From NCBI GenBank assembly GCA_041662745.1, contig JBAZRV010000002.1, positions 180,001 through 212,000 on the forward strand: DNA of 32,000 nt. The letters run 5' to 3'. This stretch comes from Patescibacteria group bacterium (GTDB taxonomy: Bacteria > Patescibacteriota > Patescibacteriia > 2-01-FULL-39-33). Positions 18,430 through 24,474 of this stretch are shown here, in pieces (the stretch's first letter is position 1; the number at the start of each line of letters is the position of its first letter). The position numbers and the translations under genes are program-made. The notes under the pieces were generated by a model, which did no database searches, was not told where the DNA came from, and worked only from the letters and a program-made list of their open reading frames with translations.

Positions 18430-18449
18430 GCACCAGAAAGGAATAGTCA
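18430..18449 (+). repeat. Direct repeat copy 2 (candidate att site)
   Basis: GCACCAGAAAGGAATAGTCA, 20/20 identical to 16367-16386. Confidence 0.85.
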
Positions 18450-18474
18450 TTCTTTACAATAAAAGGAGATGGTC

Positions 18475-18912
18475 ATGGCTCAAATTAAGGTGATAGCTTT
18501 TGATGTTTACGGAACCATTCTCTGTTCTGATGACCATGAAAATATTTTGCCGCCACGGTCGGGTTTTACGGAATTCATTTTGCATGCTAAGGATTTGAGA
18601 ATTAAAACCGTTACCAGCTCTGATTCCGATTTGACTAACATGCAATTGGATTTAGCCGCCACCTTTAACGGCGTAGCACCTTTTGGTTTAGAAATATTTG
18701 ACGGTTTTTTCAGGCTTGCCATGTACCCCAAGGTTTACCAACAGATTTTGCGATTTTTTGGCATTAAAGATGAGGAATTATTGGTAATCGGCGATGATTA
18801 TGCTAAGGATTTATCGCAGGCGCCTTTGCAGGCCCATAAAATCTTAGTTCCGAACTATAAGATTGTCGCCGATGGATTTAGTTTTTCTCAAGTAGTTATT
18901 TCCGACCTTTAA
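18475..18912 (+). CDS. Small HAD-like hydrolase
   Basis: AFDVYGTILCSDD (motif I), TVTSSDSD (motif II), LLVIGDDYAKDLSQA (motif IV); about 145 aa, essentially cap-less. Alternative start at 18469. Confidence 0.75.
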   Translation: MAQIKVIAFDVYGTILCSDDHENILPPRSGFTEFILHAKDLRIKTVTSSDSDLTNMQLDLAATFNGVAPFGLEIFDGFFRLAMYPKVYQQILRFFGIKDEELLVIGDDYAKDLSQAPLQAHKILVPNYKIVADGFSFSQVVISDL

Positions 18913-18942
18913 CATTCGCCCTCACAAAGCGGATGTTTTTTT
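18911..18942 (+). terminator. Rho-independent terminator after HAD gene
   Basis: AACATTCGC-cctcacaaa-GCGGATGTT followed by TTTTTT. Confidence 0.75.
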
Positions 18943-18976
18943 GTTATTGATCTTTGACACAACAACCAAGGAAAGG

Positions 18977-19022
18977 GAAAAGCCATGAAAACTATCGCTA
19001 TCATGCGGGGCTTTTCTTTTTC
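18977..19022 (+). terminator. Second terminator-like hairpin
   Basis: GAAAAGCC ... GGCTTTTC then TTTTTC; the loop contains the start of a 13-codon ORF. Confidence 0.5.
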
Positions 19023-19150
19023 TTAAATTTTCAAAAGTTAAAAGAATTTGCCGCCAAACCCAATAAATTTTTCAAAAGATAGCCCTATCAGGATTGGATT
19101 TCGTCGGGAAGAAAATCTGTGTTCGCTTGTAGCGGACAGCCAAAATGCGT
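19011..19150. repeat. Intergenic repeat, copy B (compact form)
   Basis: See copy A at 18201-18405. Confidence 0.8.
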
Positions 19151-19155
19151 ATTTT

Positions 19156-19186
19156 AAAACTCCAACCGGAAACAGTTGGAGTTTTT
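19156..19186 (-). terminator. Terminator hairpin downstream of polysaccharide deacetylase
   Basis: AAAACTCCAAC-CGGAAACA-GTTGGAGTTTT, 11-bp perfect stem with T/A tracts on both sides. Confidence 0.7.
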
Positions 19187-19187
19187 C

Positions 19188-19880
19188 TTAATGTACTTCA
19201 ATGCCGCAAGGCAGTTTCACTCCCGGTTGCAACAGTTCGTTGACGGTGGCAAAAGTGAATCCGCGTTCTTTCAAGCCCTGAATTATTTTCGGCAGGGCTT
19301 CGGCGGCGTTGCTATGGATGTCATGAAACAGTATGATATCGTTCGGTCTGGCCAAGGTTACGATTTGTTGCGTCAGCCTGGAGGCGGGATAACCGCGCCA
19401 ATCATTTGAAGCCAATGTCCAAGTAATCATCTGTAACCCCAGCCGTTTCGCCAGCCGGTCAATTCGCGCATTATGGCTGCCATAAGGAGGCCTGATGAAT
19501 CGCACTGCCGTTTTATCGCCGATAATTTTTTGCGCTCCGGCCATCTGTCCCAGCACTTTCTCGTCGCCAAGGGAAGTTAGCCGGCGATGAGATAGCGTAT
19601 GGTTGCCGATCTCGTGACCAGCCTCAATTTCCTGCTTGATCAGCTCTTCGTGTTTTCGGGCTTCCAAACCGATGACAAAAAAAGTCGCCCGAATCTGGTA
19701 TTGTTTGAGGGTTGCCAGTATCAGCGGCGTTATTTTGGCGTTAGGCCCGTCATCAAAAGTCAAAGCGATCAATTTAATTTTCGGCTGGCTGGCCGAAACT
19801 GCCGAGGAGACAGAAGGGATGGTCGGCGCAGAAACATGAAAAACCAAGCAAAGGACCGCGGCAATCAGTGAAAGGCTCAT
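19188..19880 (-). CDS. Polysaccharide deacetylase (CE4 family), secreted/anchored
   Basis: Signal peptide; LIALTFDDGPNAKITPLIL, GHEIGNHTLSHRRLTSL, RFIRPPYGSHN, DIILFHDIH. Confidence 0.93.
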   Translation of the reverse strand: MSLSLIAAVLCLVFHVSAPTIPSVSSAVSASQPKIKLIALTFDDGPNAKITPLILATLKQYQIRATFFVIGLEARKHEELIKQEIEAGHEIGNHTLSHRRLTSLGDEKVLGQMAGAQKIIGDKTAVRFIRPPYGSHNARIDRLAKRLGLQMITWTLASNDWRGYPASRLTQQIVTLARPNDIILFHDIHSNAAEALPKIIQGLKERGFTFATVNELLQPGVKLPCGIEVH

Positions 19881-20025
19881 TTTTTTCTCCTTAGTTGTTT
19901 AAACCGGATAAAAAGAACTTGTTGATAATTGATTATAGCATTGATTGGGGATAATGTCAAACGGCAAAGCCAATAATCATTTGTATTTTCTTGCATGTTT
20001 GATGTAAAATGAAGACATTAAAAAT

Positions 20026-21138
20026 ATGCCCAAAATCGCTTTAATCCACGATCATTTGGTGCAGGACGGGGGCGCTGAGCAAGTATTGAAGGTGCTTAAG
20101 GAAATGTTTCCTGAAGCGCCGATATTCACTATTGTCGCGGACAAAACCAAGACTAACGGTTATTTTGCAAATAAGGAAATAAAGACTTCCTTTTTGCAAT
20201 CGTTTCCTTGGGGCGTGAAAAAATACCAGTGGTATCTGCCATTTATGCCCGCCGCCATTGAAAGCCATGATCTGCGCGGTTATGATCTGGTGATCTCCTC
20301 GGCCTCATCCTTTGCCAAGGGAGTTATTACGCATCCGGGCACGACCCATATCTGTTATTGCCATACGCCGACGCGCTATTTGTGGCATGACACCCAGAAT
20401 TATCTGGATGAACTTAAAGTCATTGCGCCGATTAAGAAATTCTTGCCTTTGACCTTGCGTCAGTTGCGTACTTGGGATCGTTTGGCCGTTAATCGCGTGG
20501 ATTATTTCATCGCCAATTCACAAACCGTGGCCGGCAGAATCAAAAAATATTATCAGCGCAACAGCCAGGTGATTTATCCGCCAGTGGATATGGCGCAGTT
20601 CGCGATCTCCGACAGACCGAAAAAATATTTTTTGGCCGGCGGACGCTTGGTGCCTTACAAAAGATTTGATTTGGCGGTGTTGGCTTTTTCTCGCCTGGGC
20701 ATACCGCTTAAAATTTTTGGCTTGGGACCGGAGTTGAGGCGCTTAAAATCGTTAGCTAAGCCGAATGTGGAATTTTTAGGCAAAGTAAATGATGAAGCCA
20801 AGGGCGAGCTGTATGCCAATTGTTTAGCTTATCTTAATCCGCAAGAAGAGGATTTTGGCATTACGGCGATTGAAGCCATGGCTTCGGGTCGGCCGGTCAT
20901 TGCCTATAATCGGGGCGGCGCCACCGAAACTATTGAGCCCGGTTTGAGCGGAGAATTCTTTGACGAACAGATTTGGGAGGATCTGGCCGATATGGTAATC
21001 CGTTTTCAGCCGGAGAAATACGACCCCTTGGCTATCCGTCGCCATGCCGAGCGTTTTTCTACCGAAAGATTCAAAAAGCAGATGGGGGAATTAATCAGCG
21101 CCGTAACGGACAAAGAATTTAAGACCCATGATTTATGA
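20026..21138 (+). CDS. Glycosyltransferase family 4
   Basis: IALIHDHLVQDGGAEQVLKVL; LAYLNPQEEDFGITAIEAMASGRPVIAYNRGGATETI. Confidence 0.9.
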   Translation: MPKIALIHDHLVQDGGAEQVLKVLKEMFPEAPIFTIVADKTKTNGYFANKEIKTSFLQSFPWGVKKYQWYLPFMPAAIESHDLRGYDLVISSASSFAKGVITHPGTTHICYCHTPTRYLWHDTQNYLDELKVIAPIKKFLPLTLRQLRTWDRLAVNRVDYFIANSQTVAGRIKKYYQRNSQVIYPPVDMAQFAISDRPKKYFLAGGRLVPYKRFDLAVLAFSRLGIPLKIFGLGPELRRLKSLAKPNVEFLGKVNDEAKGELYANCLAYLNPQEEDFGITAIEAMASGRPVIAYNRGGATETIEPGLSGEFFDEQIWEDLADMVIRFQPEKYDPLAIRRHAERFSTERFKKQMGELISAVTDKEFKTHDL

Positions 21139-22229
21139 AGATAATCTTTGACGGCCGTTGCCTGTTGGACGCGAAATATTCCGGTGTTTCCTGGTATGCC
21201 CATAATTTGTCGCAACGTTTGCGCTCGGCGGGTAATCGCCACAATTGGCTGTTATTTGCCAATTCAGCCAAGCCGGCGGACTTGTCGGATTTGGGTTATC
21301 AGACAAAGATTTTTCATTACCCCAATAAATTATTGAATCTGTCTTTGGGTTTTACCGGTCAGCCGCAATTGGATAAGCTGTGCGGCGGAGCGGAAGCGTT
21401 CTTTGCTCCGAATCTTAATTTTATTTCCGTTTCCGCTTCCTGCCGATTGATTGTCGCCGTCCACGATTTGTCTTTTTTGGTTTATCCGGAGTTTTTTACG
21501 TTACGACAGCAATGGTGGCATAAGCTGATTCTGGCTTCAGGAGTATTGAATCGCGCCGATGCCATTATAGCCGATAGCGAAAATACCAAGCAGGATTTGA
21601 TTGATCTGTTGGCTGTGCCGGCCGAAAAGATTAAAACCGTTTATTTGGGGGCGGGGGAGGAGTACCGACAAGAAATTCCGGCTGAGGAATTAAAGGCGAT
21701 AAAAGAAAAATATAATTTACCGGATAAATTTTTGCTGTTTGTTTCTTCGCTGGAACCGCGGAAGAATTTGGCTGGTGTTTTAAGGGGTTTAGATAAATTG
21801 CCCGAAAGCCGATTGGTTATTGCCGGCGCCGGCGGCTGGAAAAATCAGCAAGAACTAAAGGCGATTAAAAGCAATGAAAGGATAAAAATGATCGGTTATG
21901 TGCCGGAAGCGGATAAGCCGGCCTTATACCGGCTGGCGCGCGCCTTGGTTTACCCGTCATTTTATGAAGGATTCGGCTTGCCTATTTTGGAGGCCATGGC
22001 CTCAGGTTGTCCGGTCATTGCCGGCAATAACTCATCACAGGGCGAGGTTTTGGCTGATTGCGGCCTACTGGTTGATCCTTATGATCTAAACAGCATCGCC
22101 GAAGCCATGTCGGAATTGTGGCGGGATAATGGATTGGGCGCAGAATTTTCCAGTCGCGGTCGCGAGCGAGCCAAGATGTTTAATTGGGATAAAACAGCGG
22201 AAGAGACATTAAAAAACATCGTTGCTTAA
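21135..22229 (+). CDS. Glycosyltransferase family 4
   Basis: FLLFVSSLEPRKNLAGVLRGL; ALVYPSFYEGFGLPILEAMASGCPVIAGNNSSQGEVLADCG; start overlaps preceding stop (ATGA). Confidence 0.92.
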   Translation: MKIIFDGRCLLDAKYSGVSWYAHNLSQRLRSAGNRHNWLLFANSAKPADLSDLGYQTKIFHYPNKLLNLSLGFTGQPQLDKLCGGAEAFFAPNLNFISVSASCRLIVAVHDLSFLVYPEFFTLRQQWWHKLILASGVLNRADAIIADSENTKQDLIDLLAVPAEKIKTVYLGAGEEYRQEIPAEELKAIKEKYNLPDKFLLFVSSLEPRKNLAGVLRGLDKLPESRLVIAGAGGWKNQQELKAIKSNERIKMIGYVPEADKPALYRLARALVYPSFYEGFGLPILEAMASGCPVIAGNNSSQGEVLADCGLLVDPYDLNSIAEAMSELWRDNGLGAEFSSRGRERAKMFNWDKTAEETLKNIVA

Positions 22230-22265
22230 TGTTTAACCGATCGCCTCACGCAAATATATAAAATA

Positions 22266-22300
22266 AAAACACCCGCCCGAGCAGAAGGCCCAGGCGGGGA
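22266..22300 (-). terminator. Terminator of the minus-strand two-gene unit
   Basis: On the minus strand CCCGCC...GGGCGGGTGTTTTTATTTT. Confidence 0.6.
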
Positions 22301-22329
22301 GTAAAGTACTGTTTTTACGGGTGCCGGTG

Positions 22330-22650
22330 TTAGCGCCGATTCGGCGTATCACCCTGAACGCGGATTTTCCAGATGTCTCTCGGCGGATACGAGTAGACAT
22401 CAACTTTGGCGGGGTTGCCACCTGCATTGAATGCTCGGCAACTGAATGCGTAGCAGGCGAACCCCCGGTCATCTGCCTGCCATCCTTGGTCCTCAATTTC
22501 CGGGGAAATAAAGCCGTATCCCCGAAGAATATGCTTGGCTTTTTCTTCGTCGTTGTACTGCCCCCCTGTGAGGTAGCAGCTCAGGATGACGGCGCTCACA
22601 ATCAGCGCAAGGCAAAGACAAATAGCATTCCAATTTGGTTTATCATGCAT
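22330..22650 (-). CDS. Small membrane-anchored or secreted protein of unknown function
   Basis: MHDKPNWNAICLCLALIVSAVILSCYLTGG hydrophobic N-terminus, then soluble GYGFISPEIEDQGWQADDRGFACYAFSCRAFNAGG. Confidence 0.6.
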   Translation of the reverse strand: MHDKPNWNAICLCLALIVSAVILSCYLTGGQYNDEEKAKHILRGYGFISPEIEDQGWQADDRGFACYAFSCRAFNAGGNPAKVDVYSYPPRDIWKIRVQGDTPNRR

Positions 22651-23048
22651 CTCTTGCATCTCTTGTTTTCCTCTCTGTTTCTGGCATCGTTTCTGGTATC
22701 GCTCGCGTCTTCGCCATAGGAAGCGAAAACAATCTCGTGTCGAGGCTGTTGTAAGGAAGGGATTTCTTCCACAGCCTCGTTGATTGCTTCGCGCAGATCA
22801 TGGCGAACCTTTTGACGTTTCAAGCGCGTCGAAAATTTTCCGTAATCACCAAGGTCAAAATGCCTATGCGAGGGTACGTTTTCGCCGTCACGTTTGCCTT
22901 TCAGGATTTTGCGACGACCGCCGGGCAGACGAATCGTAAGCCGTTTCCGCCTTGGCGGTTTCTGGTGCCCCAGATCCGGCACTTCTGGCGGAGCCGCCAT
23001 AAGTTCGCACCAAAGATCCCACCAGCTTTCCTTGGTTTCTAAAGGCAT
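22602..23048 (-). CDS. Hypothetical basic protein, 148 aa
   Basis: RBS (taaGGAGtatgtaATG) and consensus promoter upstream; overlaps the next gene start. Confidence 0.55.
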   Translation of the reverse strand: MPLETKESWWDLWCELMAAPPEVPDLGHQKPPRRKRLTIRLPGGRRKILKGKRDGENVPSHRHFDLGDYGKFSTRLKRQKVRHDLREAINEAVEEIPSLQQPRHEIVFASYGEDASDTRNDARNREENKRCKRCMINQIGMLFVFALR

Positions 23049-23114
23049 TACATACTCCTTAAGTTGTTAATGTCCACGCCTATCTCCAAAAAATTACAAA
23101 AACTACATTATATA

Positions 23115-23143
23115 ATTATAGCACACCTAAAATATTTTGTCAA
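23115..23143 (-). promoter_or_regulatory. Consensus sigma70 promoter for the minus-strand unit
   Basis: Minus strand TTGACA (23143-23138), 17-bp spacer, TATAAT (23120-23115). Confidence 0.85.
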
Positions 23144-23231
23144 GTACTTTATCCACAAGCATGGTTTATTATATACAAAATGTCTAAAATTAGGTAAAAT
23201 ATAATAGCCAATACAACAACTTAATAACAAT

Positions 23232-24353
23232 ATGAAAATATTAATAGACGCCCGCCTTTATGGCACCAAACATGCCGGTATCGGCCGTTATACTCAAGAG
23301 TTGATCAAGAATTTAGAAACCGCGGATAAGGAAAATCAATATGTCATCCTATTGCAACGGCAGAATTACGATGAATATCAGCCGCAGAATCCCAACTTCA
23401 AAAAATATCGCGCCGATTTTAAAGTCTACGGTTTTTTTGAACAGATTCTTCTGCCGTTTTTGATTTATTCCCACCGGCCGGATTTGGTTCATTTTCCCCA
23501 TTTTAACGTGCCGTTGTTTTTCTTCGGCCGTTATATCGTGACTATCCATGATTTGATTGTCAGCCATTACCCGTCCAGCCGAGCTACCACGCTTCATCCG
23601 CTGATGTATAATTTCAAACTCTTAGCGTATCAATTGGTGATTTCCCGGGCGGCGAAACGCGCCGGAAAAATTATCGCCGTTTCCCGCTACACCAAAGATG
23701 ATCTTGTGAGACTGCTGAAAATTCGGCCGGAAAAAATCGCGGTGATTTACGAGGGAACGGACTTACCGCGTTTGTCGCCGGTTTCTTGTCCGTTATTATT
23801 TGAGAGACTGGGCATCAAGCAGAATTTTTTGCTGTATGTCGGTTCGGCCTATCCGCATAAGAATTTAGAAAAACTGATTGAAGCGTTTGAAATTGTTTTA
23901 AGGCAACAAGCCGATTGGCAATTGGTTTTGGCCGGCAAAGAGAGTTTTTTCTATGAACGTTTAAGCGAGGGAATAAAAAAAGAGTTGAAAGGCAAGGTAA
24001 TCTTGCCCGGCTATTTGACGGATGAAGAATTAGTCTGTTTATACGCTAAGGCGCGCCTGTATGTTTTTCCGTCGTTAATGGAAGGATTCGGCCTGCCGCC
24101 GCTGGAAGCCCAGAGTTACGGCTTGCCCGTGGTTTCAGCAAACTCCAGTTGCCTGCCGGAAATCTTGGCTGATTCGGCGGTTTATTTTGATCCTAAAAAT
24201 TCTCAAGACATGGCGGATAAGATCGTCTCGGTTTTGACTGACGCTGACCGGCGCAAGCAATTGGCTGACAAAGGCCAAGAAAACAGCAAACGTTTTTCTT
24301 GGGAAAAGATGGCGAAGGAGGTTATTGGTTTGTATAATTCAATAATCGGATAG
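23232..24353 (+). CDS. Glycosyltransferase family 4
   Basis: FLLYVGSAYPHKNLEKLIEAFEIV; LYVFPSLMEGFGLPPLEAQSYGLPVVSANSSCLPEILADSAVYFDP. Confidence 0.93.
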   Translation: MKILIDARLYGTKHAGIGRYTQELIKNLETADKENQYVILLQRQNYDEYQPQNPNFKKYRADFKVYGFFEQILLPFLIYSHRPDLVHFPHFNVPLFFFGRYIVTIHDLIVSHYPSSRATTLHPLMYNFKLLAYQLVISRAAKRAGKIIAVSRYTKDDLVRLLKIRPEKIAVIYEGTDLPRLSPVSCPLLFERLGIKQNFLLYVGSAYPHKNLEKLIEAFEIVLRQQADWQLVLAGKESFFYERLSEGIKKELKGKVILPGYLTDEELVCLYAKARLYVFPSLMEGFGLPPLEAQSYGLPVVSANSSCLPEILADSAVYFDPKNSQDMADKIVSVLTDADRRKQLADKGQENSKRFSWEKMAKEVIGLYNSIIG

Positions 24354-24474
24354 ATAAGTTATTTATTAAAACACCGGCAGTAATTATCGGTCGCTAAGGT
24401 TATCCACACCCGGAGTTGTTTGACTTCGGGTGTTTGTGTTATAATATACTTAAACGTAAACAAAATTTATCAAG

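Noticed and set aside
16668-18449. Diversity-generating retroelement or retron
   Set aside because: These are common in CPR, but there is no reverse transcriptase ORF and no TR/VR adenine-biased repeat pair; the repeats found are 20-bp exact direct repeats or intergenic structured repeats.
22321-22719. 132-aa plus-strand ORF opposite the small membrane protein gene
   Set aside because: The minus-strand pair has a consensus promoter, RBS and terminator, while the plus-strand ORF has none.
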